Below, one piece after another: positions 1-12,659 of a DNA stretch of 64,000 bases (position 1 is its first letter; every line of letters starts with the position of its first letter). The DNA is from Octopus bimaculoides (Eukaryota), in the NCBI RefSeq assembly GCF_001194135.2, contig NC_068982.1:72639426-72703425 (forward strand), read 5' to 3'. A program made the translations under genes and the position numbers. The notes beneath the pieces were generated by a model. The model saw only the letters and a list, made by a program, of their open reading frames with translations. It was not told the DNA's origin and ran no database searches.

Positions 1-200
1 GCTTAGCAGCATTTCATCTGTCTTTATATTCTGAGTTCAAGATCCCACCAAAGTCAACTTTGTCTTTCATCCTTTCAGGATTGAGAAAATAAGTACCAGT
101 TGAGTACTGGGGTAGGGGTGGGGGGTGGGGGTCAATGCAATCTACTTACCCACTACCCTGAAATTGCTGGCCTTGTGTCAAAAATTTGTAATTGATATTA
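1..200 (+). mobile_element. tRNA-derived SINE family F2 ((TAA)n-tailed, Meta-SINE-like core), 5' end cut by window edge
   Basis: Contains TTCTGAGTTCAA (B-box-like) and AGTCAACTTTGTCTTTCATCCTTTCAGG...AAATAAGTACCAGTTGAG, shared with more than 10 copies in the window (e.g. 22445-22700). Confidence 0.75.
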
Positions 201-222
201 CTTGTTATTACTATGACTAGAG

Positions 223-496
223 CAGGGGTTTTCAAACTGTGGTCCGCAAGGACAAGACAGGGGGTCCGTAGACAGCAAGTACTTTTTATGGGCAATTTGA
301 TTTTATATATGTTTTTTAATCGAAATCTTTTAATTGACAAACCTATTTGTTAAATACTGTTAAATAAATAAATGTAAAAATATGTTATTTTAAGCAAATA
401 TTTATGTATAAATTTCATAAGCGTTTATAAGGGGGTCCCTAAGGTAAAGCCTGAAATATAAAGGGGTCCGCAAGTCAAAAAGTTTGAAAACCCCTG
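223..496. mobile_element. Non-autonomous hAT-type MITE
   Basis: Perfect 16-bp TIR CAGGGGTTTTCAAACT / AGTTTGAAAACCCCTG; perfect 8-bp TSD GACTAGAG at 215-222 and 497-504. Confidence 0.9.
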
Positions 497-1954
497 GACT
501 AGAGTATTACTCATCATATAATGGGTAACTTTGGAAGTATACCTCTGCCACTGTGAGTAATATGAGTAAATATGGCTTACATCTAATAAATATAATTTCA
601 CTTTTATCAAATTTTTTGGTGTGTATACAAAATAATGGAATAAATTCTAAGAAAAATAATTTATTAACTTAAAAATAAAATTAAATAAAATCAAGCAATA
701 ATGTACATATTCATTGTTAATATATTCTGGTATATTTGAACTTGAATATGCTTATTACTGTTGTATTTTTCATAAGAAGGACGACTCTTTATTTCTCATT
801 TGTACAACTCCTGTAATTACTCTGTCATTTATTCTTTCTGTTCCTCCTCCTCCTCCTATATATGTCTTTCCCTTTCATTCTGTATGTGTATTTCTTTTAC
901 TTCTATGCCAATAAACAGAGTATGTGCACTCATCCTGCACCTCCTGTGTGAATTCTCTATGTATCTCTCTTTTACTCTCTCAGCCTCTCCCCTTCTCTCT
1001 ATCCCATGTAAAGTGTGACAGAGAAAGCAAGCAAGCAACATTTATATTGGCTATTATTATGTAGAGATATTAACTATTTTATACATTGAATACTTTTACG
1101 CGTGTCTGTAGAAACACACACACACATACACAGTGAAACTAAATTGTATTTCATTGAGGAAAAAGTAAACCTTATTATAAGATACAATCTCATTAGATCA
1201 TATTATTATGAGAAATAATTATATTTCTATTCAGAAATTTAACTTTCAAATTGCCAGAAACTGATTTGCTTACAACTTCTATTTTTATCTCAGCAGAATC
1301 ATTAAATTGCCAAAATTCATAAAACATTACATATTTTTGCATACTTTTTCTTTCTTTATTTCTCTCTACTTTTCTGTTTCTTTCTTTCTTTCTTTCTAAT
1401 TTTTTCCCCCTTCTCACCAATAAAGTTCCTTAGGAACTGTTTGTATTTCAAGAAATAGTTATTGTAACAACAGACTGAGATTCTACACTTTAAAACAATG
1501 TGTAATTAAAAGTGATTAACCATAACTCACAAAATAAGGTTAATAGTCTGATTCATTATTACTTGCATAATATCCAATTAATTATTTCTTGCATAATTGA
1601 CAACAACAATGGCAACAACAACATTAATAATAAAACTTGAATACAGTTGAATACATTCATTACCATGTGTGTGTGTGTGTGTGGTGGGGGAGTGTTAATT
1701 AATACCATATTGGTAATGTCAATGGAATTTAAACTGATATCCATCTTGACCAAGCCAGGCATCTAAAGTTTGTATAAATCATAAGTTTTGCTTCAAGCTT
1801 CAATCAACTGATATTACAAGTTTTGCTGATTAAATTTACTCTAGGCCTCCTTCATTAAAGTGTCGCATTGCTGTTCACAAAGATCATAATTTGGAACTTT
1901 GTTTTCAGCCATTTAATTTATAATTCTAAGTAAGGTGCACTACAGCATTCTAGT

Positions 1955-2372
1955 GGACTTTGTGAAGGGTGTCCAGCCATAGAAACTATGCCAACACAAA
2001 TACTGTTGGATCCTGTCAAACTGTCCAACCAATGCCAGCATGACATATGGATGTTAAATGACGAATACTAGTAGCACCAGTGTTGTTTCATGTCTGGTAG
2101 GAAGTGGTAAAAATTCATGTTCCCACAAGCCTAATATAATCTTCAAATTTGCAGCGACNNNNNNNNNNGGACTTTGTGAAGGGTGTCCAGCCATAGAAAC
2201 TATGCCAACACAAATACTGTTGGATCCTGTCAAACTGTCCAACCAATGCCAGCATGACATATGGATGTTAAATGACGAATACTAGTAGCACCAGTGTTGT
2301 TTCATGTCTGGTAGGAAGTGGTAAAAATTCATGTTCCCACAAGCCTAATATAATCTTCAAATTTGCAGCGAC
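1955..2372. repeat. 204-bp direct duplication flanking a 10-N gap (probable assembly overlap artefact); includes an RTE-type 3' tail
   Basis: 1955-2158 and 2169-2372 appear identical and are separated only by N at 2159-2168. Confidence 0.85.
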
Positions 2373-4404
2373 CAATCCACATATGCCAATCTATAGAAAA
2401 TGAAACTAAAAGAGTAAATACAGAAGCATGCACTAATGCACATGCGTATGTGCAAGTTTTATCTGTATGGCTCAGCTAATTCTTGACCATTAGCTACATA
2501 CATGACTCTCTATTAACAGGTGATTTTCTTTTAATTAAATAAATAGATCAGATAGTGATTGATCTCTGGAGATACTGTGATGTGAACAGCAGGGTTTAAA
2601 CACTGGACTAAAATCAACATCCATCCATCCATCCAAAAAAGTTACCACCCACCAATCAAAAAACCCCAACCAAGTTGGCTTTTAGCTACTCATTCCATAC
2701 TAGTTTACTTATGAAACAGAATCATTAAGCCAAGAGGGTTAGATAAATTCTATTTCACCATACTAAACTAAAAATAGTAAAACTAATTTCTATCTAATAT
2801 AAGACCAATTACTATAGTAAACTAAGACTAGTTCCAATCTAATTACAGTAAACTTAGACTAGCGTCTGTTTAAAGAACAGTCCAATGCTTTCTTTGCTGA
2901 AGAGGTTGATGTATAATAAATCAGATTAAATGAAGCACCCCCTTCCATCATTCACTCAATCACATTTGCTGATGTAGAGACACTGAAGGATGTAAAAAGT
3001 AGTGAGTGGTGTTAATTATTCTCCAAGAAGCAATCTAATCTCCCATGAATACACTATAATTGATTAACAGCCAGGAGTCAAGTTAGTTTGATTAGAGGAG
3101 CAAGTAAAGATGTGGAACAATAGAGATTAGAGTGAAAGGGGGGGTGATGGTTAGATGTTTGAAGGTGTGGAGAGGATGAGTGGGGAGGGCTGCAGGAGAT
3201 AGAGAGATAGACAGATAGGTAGACAAATAAAAAGACAGACAGATAGAGAAATAGATACAAAGGTAGATAGAGAGATAGACAGACAAATAGATAAAGACAT
3301 AGACAGACAGTAAGGAATTAAGCCACAGCTCACCTGCCGCTCCAAAAAAAAAACAAAAAAAAAAAAACGAGTCTGCAATTAATTAGATTTCTAGTTGTAG
3401 ATTTTTCATATCTCTTGCTCTGTTGACATTCTTGTGAAAAATACGTATGTTACAAAATCTCTTTCTACTCCTCCTCAAGTTGAGAAGGATATTCATGTTA
3501 ATGAACAATATCATTTGGGCCGACCAACTTCTCGAAGGAATTTGGTAGTCAGAAACCATTGTGCAGCAGAGTGTGTGTGTGTGTGTGCATGCGTGCGTGT
3601 GTGTGTGTACTGGTTTTAATTTATTAAGACAAGTGAAGTGAGGCTATAGATGTGTATATGTGTTTAAAACTGCGTATGTATGTGTATACATATAAGTTCT
3701 GGAGAACAATAGCCAAGTGAATTCTATACAACAGCAATAAGATAATAACCTAGTAGGTACTAGTTTTAACTTTAGCCACAATGCATTGTAAGCACTAAAG
3801 TGATTGGTACCAGAAATATATTACAGATTGAAGAACATCCATATACATGGTTTTGGCACATGTATAATTCTCTTTCTTTCAAACACACACACACACACAG
3901 CATCCAGGAGGAAAAGGCTGTCTACCTGGAAATTTTTCTTTCTATTCTAGGGTTACAACACAATCACAACAGAAAATCAAATCACTACCACTGCTACAGC
4001 TGCAGCCACTACTGCCACCACCACCACCAGCAATACCAACAAAGTGCAGAAAAGAAGCAAATAATGGAAGCTTCCAGCAAAACAATTCTCTCTAGGTGCT
4101 TCAGGAGAGAGCAAGTCCTTGCACATACCATGCAGATCTATATTCAGGGTAGCTACATAGAAAACTAACAATGGAAACAAACTGAGAACATTTGCCAGTA
4201 ACCATAGCTTTGCAAGCAGTGAAAAACAAAACAATAAACCCATTAAGGATGGAATCAGATGAAAGAGAAAGAAAGAAGGAGAGAGAGAAGGAAGACAGAG
4301 AGAGAGAATCCTAATTAATTCATTCTATATTTTCCATGTATCAACAAACAGTTGCCATTTACTGATTGACATCATACACCAGCAACTCTTACATACATGT
4401 AGAA

Positions 4405-4600
4405 TTGCTCATTTACTTGTTTCATTCATTGATCTATGGCAATGCTGGAGCACAGCCTTGGGTTGAGTTAGTCAACTGAATTGATCTTAGTCCTTATTTT
4501 ACTCCAAAGAGATTGACTTCTACTGAGCTGCCAAGTGATGGGGATATAAATAAACCAACACCATTTATCAAGCAGAAGGAGACAAACAAACCTATGTGTG
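4405..4600 (-). mobile_element. SINE family F1, 3' half (tail A), decayed
   Basis: Reverse-complement similarity to 62180-62342 (TTACTTGTTTCA..CATT..GGC.ATGCTGGAGCAC). Confidence 0.65.
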
Positions 4601-4683
4601 TATCTTTGTGTGTATATACAAGTATATAACAAATATACAGGTTTGATGGAACAAACAGGAGAAATAGAACTCAATACACATGT

Positions 4684-5135
4684 ATCATCATTATCATTTA
4701 ATGTCTGCTTTTGATGCTAGCATGGGTTGGACGATTTGACTGGGGAACTGGCGAAGCGGATGGCTACACCAGACTCCAATCTGATCAGGCAGAGTTTCTA
4801 CAGCTGGATGCCCTTCCTAATGCCAACCATTCGGAGAGTGTAGTGGGTGCTTTTTTGTGCCACTGGCATGGGGGCCAGTCTGGTGGTACTGGCAACGGCC
4901 ACGCTCAAATGGTGTTTTTTACGTGCCACCTGCACAGGAGTCAGTCCAATGTTTTGTCCACCAGCCACTGGCACAAGTGCCAGTAAGGCGAAGCTGGAAA
5001 CGATCGCGCTCAAATGGTGCTTTTTACGTCCCACCGGCACGGGAGCAAGACTTCTGCTCTGGCAGTGATCCCACTCGGATGGTGCTGTTAGCACTCCACT
5101 GGCAAGAGTGCCAGTCATCAAATTTGGTTCAGTTT
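4684..5135 (-). mobile_element. RTE-clade LINE 3' UTR fragment with internal tandem units
   Basis: (ATC)n tail, ATGCTAGCATGGGTTGGACGATTTGAC, GCTGGATGCCCTTCCTAATGCCAACCA; same 3' end as the ORF-bearing copy at 18892-19535. Confidence 0.8.
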
Positions 5136-5181
5136 CGATCTCTGTATGTGTGTGTGTGTGCGTGTGTGTATATATATATAG

Positions 5182-5223
<42 letters not shown>

Positions 5224-5589
5224 ACACACACAGATATTAAAAATAATTTTATTTGAGTGTTAATTCTGGATCTTATCCTGTTAAGCATAATTCTGAAGAG
5301 TTGAATTTTGATATGTGCTAATAATACCTCATGATGTATACTTGCATATGTAAATGCATAATATAACAATATTCATGAGATAAAATTTAGATGGAACAAT
5401 TGTAAATGAATGTAATAAAAGGAGTTGCTCATGCCATTCTTCTTGTTTTATAAATATATATATACATATACTAGCATGCCTGCGTTATCAAAAATGCCAA
5501 CAATTTTAATGATAGAAAATGGTGCACCAAAACAATGGGAGAAACCATTAATAAATGTCAGCAATCAAGTACATATATGTAAGTATACA

Positions 5590-5970
5590 GAAGTTGTTGT
5601 AGCAGGTTTTCTGTGGCTGGATGCCCTTCTTATTGCCAACTCTCACCCACTTCCAAGCAAAGCAATATTTCCCCTTGGCCAGAGATGCTTTTCACAGAAG
5701 AGTGGAAATGAACAACATCACTTGTACAACAGTGATGCTTGTTTATGACCATCCATATTGTCAAGACAATAGAACACACACACACACACACATGTATATA
5801 TACATATCTAATGGGCTTCTTTCAGTTTCCACCTACCAAATCTACCTACAAGCCTTTGATTGACTCAGGGCTTTAGTAGAAGGCACTTGCCCAAGATGTT
5901 GCACGGTGGGACTGAACTGAAAACCACAAGATTGGGAAGGAAGCTTCTTAACCACAACATCAATATCTGC
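5590..5970 (-). mobile_element. SINE family F1 with RTE-derived tail
   Basis: Reverse of tRNA/CORE-like head (CACTTGCCCAAG, TTCAGTTTCC) plus internal (CA)n plus GGATGCCCTT tail; same layout as 63530-63950. Confidence 0.7.
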
Positions 5971-6534
5971 ACCAATGCAAACTAAATGAAAAAAAAATAA
6001 TATTCTTTTTTTTTTTATTAAAACTTCTACACAAAATATGTTTCACTAACCATACCCCAAATTAAATAAACTTAGCAGCAAAGACTTCCTCTAGCAACTA
6101 TTAATAGTGAGAAGAAGAGGGCTAATGATATTCCACATCACTAATGTCAAGATAATATCTGATGATTTCTCAGCAGATAACCAATATTCTGGGTATTTGA
6201 ATAAGTGCGACTCTCAGAGATCCTCAGACAACATCAACTAAGACAAGAGATAATTAAAATAGATAGAGGAATATGTCATCTGATGTATTCGTCATGTTCC
6301 TGCATTTTGTTATAGGAGAAGACATAAGATCTATTTTTATAAACATGAATACTAAAAGGTATAGATAAGCTACTTTGAGAAGCTGTGTCTGTAACCCAGT
6401 AGACAAATAAAAGTTTCCTGGGTTAATTCTATTTGAGTATACCAGAGATGACTATTTGATGAATTTGTAGAATTGATGTACCAGTCAAGGTTAAATGTCT
6501 ATACTGTAGGCATGTTGCCCTAAGATTTTGTTAA

Positions 6535-6896
6535 CCTTTTTGGCACCAGCCCACCTAAGACCACCCCTGGGTTTATGATACAGATTTCCTGTTTTAATGT
6601 GATGTAAAACCTAAAATCAAAAATTCATGTTGCTTCAAACACCAGCTTATTAATGGCAATTAACTGAGTAAATTTTTTATTATTTTCAAAATTAATTAAA
6701 AGAAAGACAGATTATTTCAACAAAAATATGGTATCAAAAGGGTTAAAGTTATCCAAATTAAAATCTTCCATCAACATTCCATGTTTATGTTGCAAAACAC
6801 GAACTTAATAAGGGCAATTAGCTGACTAAAATTTTTATTATTTTCAAAATTAAAAGAGAGGCAAATTATTTCAACAGAAACATAATAACAAAAAGG
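6535..6896 (+). mobile_element. piggyBac-like MITE family B with duplicated 3' module
   Basis: TTAA at 6531-6534, 6743-6746 and 6897-6900; left end CCTTTTTGGCACCA, right ends TGGTATCAAAAGGG and TAACAAAAAGG; 6747-6896 repeats the 3' part of 6535-6742. Confidence 0.7.
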
Positions 6897-7618
6897 TTAA
6901 AGTACAGTTCACAATTGCAATGAGCAATTTGTATGAAGAGGTTCCCTAGAATTTAGTTTTTCTTATTATTTTTCAAACCATCCCATTCATGTCATTAGTA
7001 CTTCTTAGGAAGCCAGAGACATTTCGGCTTTGTATTTTTCATCTCCTGTCAACCCAAAGCCTAATGCTTATTTTAACAGATTTCTTCATCACCATTTTAC
7101 TTATTATACCTGTATCTTAATTAATTCAAATTAATGTACCTCATCTTGAAAAGTGGCAAAATTGTAGGCAGTTGGCATCTGGGATAATTTTTGTAACAAC
7201 AGGTAAGATGCATTAAGAATTTCAATTTTAGTGTTTATTCATAATGTTATTGCTTTTACATCTGTTAATTAAATTTACCTGCCTATAAAAGTCAAATTTA
7301 ATCAGAAAGATCAGCTAAAATTACATAATTATAAACCACTGGTATATAAGCATCCAACAACAAAATTTCAAATATGTACGTAAGAAATTAACAAAGATAC
7401 AAGCAAACATTGTGGACACCCCTCTTGAACCTGAATAATTCAAAATAATGTGAACAAATAAGCATTACATTTGACAGATTAATCTGAACACTAAAGGGTT
7501 GATATTGAGTTGTAAAATCATTTTTAAGCTTTGGAGCATGATGCAATTCTAGGGCCCATTGGATCCTGTCAAACCATCCAACTCATGAACTATGAGCATT
7601 AAATAATGATGATAATAA

Positions 7619-8026
7619 GATGCAAGGCTCAGAATACTCAAAACTAAAATGGTAGATATGGCACCACCTATATCACAAGCCAGAGTATTGGACATGAATA
7701 GTTGTTTTATACAGTGAAAGACATTGATCAAGAAGCTATTTCTCACAGAAGTGAGTTTCTTTTTTTGTGTTTGCTTGTGGGAAGTAACCACAGAGAATGT
7801 CCAGCAAAAGATGCTACATGTCATGAGTGTAAAAAGAAAGGCTGTTTTTCTTGGAGTATGCAAATTAGGTAATAAACCAGTCTCCAATGCATTCATTATT
7901 TCAACTTTATTAACTTTTGCAGCTTTATTGGAACATCTTTTGTCTTCTGCACTCATTAATATTATAATTAACAATCACTCAATGCAAATTTTGTTTGACA
8001 ATAGCAGCACTGACAACTTTATCTAA
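7619..8026 (+). mobile_element. Decayed Ty3/Gypsy LTR-retrotransposon gag (zinc knuckles) and aspartic protease fragment
   Basis: Across frameshifts: DARLRILKTKMVDMAPPISQARVLDM; VFACGK / HRECPAKDATCHECKKKG / FLGVCK (double CCHC-knuckle pattern); ALINIIINNHSMQILFDNSSTDNFI (degenerate protease D-S/T-G motif). Confidence 0.65.
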
Positions 8027-8159
8027 ACTGATATTATTAAGTGGAATGGTTTAATCATTGAACCACTCAGAAGTAACAATATGATGGCATCAGCACAGTT
8101 TAGTTCTCAAATTACAGGAACATGCAAAGTTGACAATTGGTATGCTGAACATTTGCTGC

Positions 8160-8300
8160 ACCACCACTATCATCATCTAATGTCCAGCTTTCATGTTGGC
8201 ATGAACTGGAGGACTGCATCAAGACCCAACATCTGCTCTGCCATGGTTTCTGCAGCTGAATGGTCTTCCTAATGGCAACCATTTTACAGAGTGTATTGAT
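8160..8300 (-). mobile_element. RTE-type 3' tail fragment, decayed
   Basis: CATCATCTAATGTCCAGCTTTCATGTTGGCATG...CTTCCTAATGGCAACCA. Confidence 0.6.
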
Positions 8301-8829
8301 TGATTTTTTTTCTTTTTCTTCATGGTACCACAAGTAATGATTGCTTCATAACTTGCAAGGCAGAAGGGTCTAAAGTGGCCCCTATAACTGGTGGAAAAGA
8401 GAAGAAAGAGTAGGCAATGATTCTAGGCAGAGGGAAGAGGGAATGGTGAGAAGGGAAGACAGGGGAATATGGTAGAGATGAAGGAGGAGAGATTAGATTG
8501 GATTAGTGACAGGATTGAAGAAACAGGGTTGGGGGATAGAGTAGAAAGCTGATAGGATGGGTTGTGTGAAGGAGGATTAGGGTTATGTATTATCTCTGCC
8601 CAAATGTAAAACTTGGCCTGACTTTTGTGTTTCAACATTCTTCAGTAGCAAATACCTGCCAAGTTTAATGATCCTGCTAGCAAATTTTGCTTGCTTGAAG
8701 ATTCAACTTGTCCTTCACTAAACTGACATACCTTTCATTAATATGAAATAATTACACCCTTCAATAATTTAATAAGGTTATATAAGAAAACTTTTTAACC
8801 ACACTGCCATGCCTGCACCTAGACTATTA

Positions 8830-9090
8830 TTGTCATCATAATCATTTAGCATCTGCTTTCCATGCTGGCATGATTTAGACAGTTTGACTGGAACTGGTAA
8901 GCTGGAGAGCTGCACCAGGTTCCAGGCTGATTTGGCTGATTTTCAATGGCTGGATGCCCTTCCTAATGCCAACCACTCCAAGAGTGTAATGGGTGCTTTT
9001 TACATGCCACTGGCACAGGTGCCATTTACATGACACCGGCAACAGCTATGACTATGATTTCATGGGTGCCATTTATATGACACTATGTTT
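8830..9090 (-). mobile_element. RTE-clade 3' UTR fragment
   Basis: TCTGCTTTCCATGCTGGCATG...GGCTGGATGCCCTTCCTAATGCCAACCACTCC...GGGTGCTTTTTACATGCCACTGGCAC. Confidence 0.75.
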
Positions 9091-9339
9091 TTAGTAATTG
9101 TTTTAGGGGCATATGTAGTCATAAGCAGACAAATGTTTTCTAGGCTCTCCCAACCATTGACCCAGTAGAACATTAAAGATGAGGATGTGACAGCTGGAGG
9201 AGAAAGGAGGAATGTGAAACGAAATGCTTTGCTCAAGGATGCAACATACTGCCTGGTTCAGGAATCAAACCAATGAGTCTTTAATCAAATCTGAATATTC
9301 TAGCCACTATGCCATGTATAGGTATGGTTTCTAGCCTAT

Positions 9340-10700
9340 ACCAGACCAAAGAATTACAGAGATGGTGTTGATAAGAGCTCAATAATATAGAGAGAAAAGA
9401 CAGGGGGAAATTGGTATAAAGCCAACATCAACTGCATTATCAGGAGTGAGATGGCACATATCTTATGTGATGGTAACATTTATTTTGAGCGTGTGAATGG
9501 TGTAGATGTTCAGAGATTGCATGGATAACAAAGGAACACAGGAATAAATAATCATATAATTAGACATTACTGTGATATGGACGACAGGGAGAAGGTATGA
9601 CAGAAATTATGAAAGAGAAAAATCATTCTTTGGTAGTTTTCACTAAGAGAACATGGATACAATTTATTTTGCAAATATAGGAAAAAATTTGTATATCGGG
9701 AATAATTATTTTTAGAGTTCGATGTCTTTCTTATTATGAATCAGTTAATTATGAAACAGGAGGAGCACATTTTTCCTGAGAGACAGACTGAAGTAAGAAG
9801 AGTGGTCTGTTTTGTCTAAAGATAGAGAAAACACACCAGCCATAGAATAAATTTAAACTCATAACTGTGTAGTCAGTAACCCAGTACCACAACATCACAT
9901 CCAATTGAAAATTTTGCAAGTCAAAAGTACAGTTCTGTAATGATTCTATTATAGAACAGAAATGAATGACAGAAGGGTTTAAAGTTTTCAGTCTTACACT
10001 AAACAATTCCTTACTTTCTTCAAAATAAATGTCAACAAGGTTAGTGATATCCTTGTGACAACGTGTTTCAGGACTGGCTGACCAATACTGTCTTGTGAAG
10101 TATGATGTTGTAAAGGAAGTTCAGAGTTAACTTACACTATTAGAAGAATTATTTCACTACAATAAATCAATGAATAAATAAAATATAACAAAGTGAAGTG
10201 TTCAGAAAATTAATACAACTCAAAAGGAGTCTGGAACAATTCCAAAAGTTTGATTTGAATATTCATAAAATATACTGAATTGCTTAGTTTGAGACCGTAA
10301 GTTGATGGTTGTGATAGCTTTCAGGGGGAAATAAATCTAGAAAATGACTGAAGTTGTGAAAATAAAACAAGAAACAGTGGGTAGTAAATATCTGAAAACC
10401 ATTTTTGATAGATTTATCTGGGCTAAAGTAGAATACATCTAGTTTTCATTGAGGAGGTAACTTCTATATACATTGATGCTGTGCCAACATTAACACATCA
10501 GAACATGAACATGGTAGATTAAGATGTATGCACCTAACACCTTCTCTATAAATGAAGGAACATTAAATCTCAGATCATACTCATGGAACAAAAAACATCA
10601 CTGAGAAATACTCTAATGCAAGAGATAAGATCAGATGTAAATAGGCTGAAAGAGATTAGAAGGAATCATATGACCTATATATGATTAAGCCATTCGTAGA
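9340..10700 (+). pseudogene. Highly decayed non-LTR ORF2 (reverse transcriptase), tentatively L1/Tx1 clade
   Basis: Purine-rich, microsatellite-free block with motif remnants in L1 order: FKINVNKVSDILVTTCFRTG*PI (cf. VNG..S..F...RG.RQGCPLS), LKRSLEQFQKFDLNIHK (cf. L..F...SGL.IN..K), LKTIFDRFIWAK (cf. I..FIW..K); many stops. Confidence 0.35.
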
Positions 10701-11566
10701 ATACTTCTAATGAAATGTACAGTTCTTATGTTTTAATTAATTTTTAAGTAATTAATAATTTGTAGGTTCAGCATACATCTACAGATTGAACACACAGACA
10801 AGTGTTGTATTCAGGAGTCATTAGGTGTTTTGGACAGAATATTGAATTCAGTGCTCAGTTTAACACCACCACATTGGTTGGAATCCAGTCTGCTGCAAGC
10901 ATTCTGGACAGATCTTGAATTCCAGGAAACCTTTTTTATTTTGGCCCTCTTCTCCACTAGTCTCTGGGTCCTGGTAAAGGGTCATAGTCATAGGTAGTGT
11001 CTTCCTTCCAATCTGAGATGAATTGACACCAAAAAGGTTAATGAGCAAAGTTTGGTTGGTTTTTCCTTTTAACGATATCTAATGACAAAAGATCAAAAGG
11101 AAAATGAGCAAGATGTAAAACCCAAAGAATTCCAATTAAAATTGGTGCTGAGGATTTTATTTAAAAGAAAAGACGGGGAAGAAAAATTACTTAACTGCAA
11201 CTATGAGAGAAAGTAACACTGTCCGTAACATGACACAGCAGATGTCTAACATAGAAAGAAAACTGAGGGAAAGTTGTGGAGTTGATTTACTAAGAAACTA
11301 CTCATGTCACTCGTTGCTGTTGTCATTGTCATCATTTTAAAGTTTATTTTTCAAGCTTGCATGGATCAGATGGAATTCATAGAGGCATATTTTGTATGGG
11401 AGGATGTCCTTCCTGTCACCAACTCTCACCTGTTTTCAAACTAGGTAATATTTCCCCATGGCTGAACATATTTTCAGGAAATATAATTCTTATGATGATG
11501 ATGATTTTTTTCTAAATAGGGATAAGCAGATTTTGAAAAGTGTTCTATGATTGAATTATTCCTATC

Positions 11567-11645
<79 letters not shown>

Positions 11646-11764
11646 NNNNNNNNNNGAGAGAGGGGGAAAGAGAGAGAGGGAGAGAGATTATGACAACAGA
11701 GAAAAAACATAACTTCTAGAATCCAAAGTGCCTAGTAGTATTTGTGTGTGTATGTGTGCACACG

Positions 11765-11839
<75 letters not shown>

Positions 11840-12659
11840 ACAAGTGATGGTGTTATTCCTTTTTTATTTAGATGTTGAAGGAAAGGTGATATGCATCAAT
11901 CATATCTCTCTTACAGAGAGATATGATTGATAACATTAATTGCCAAATTGAACCTAGAGAGGAAGCTTGCATAAGAAGAGAATTCCAGAGGACAGCAGTT
12001 TCAGGAGTAAATAGTTGGGCAAACTGATTAGTTTTGAGGTGGAGTGAAACAGGGAGTGACAAGAAAAGAAGAAGGCAATGCCTTACACCCACACTTTCAC
12101 TGAAAGGTTCTTTCTTTGAAACACTCCTATTTTTGTGAGATAAGTTCAGTGACTTAAGCTTAATAGGATTTTTTTAAAGGATATTGCAAAACTAAGATAA
12201 GAATGTCAGTGTTTTGTGAAAAAAATATCCAATCATTTTGGTAGGATGTGGAGGTGATAGAATAAATACCAAACTTTAAACAGAAGGGGAAAAAGTACTG
12301 AGATCAATTTGTTTGACTAAACCCTTCAAGGTAGTGCCCCAACATGACCACAGTCCAATTACTGAAACAAGTAAAAGATAAAAGGTATTTATTTTATTTT
12401 ATTAAACTCAACGGATGAACAAAGTCAACTTCATTAGGATTTGAACTCACAATCAAAAGAGATGTAAGTAAATACACAACAAGGAACTCAGTGCAACACT
12501 ATCCATACAGCTGATCTATTAAAGTTATACTATACTGGAATCAATAAATCAATATACAGAAAGAGTGGGGTGGGTAGATGAGGTGCAAATTGAGTAATGT
12601 GTAGTGATAAGCTATAAAGTGAAATGGCTTCTTTCATTGAGTGAGGAAATATTAACATT

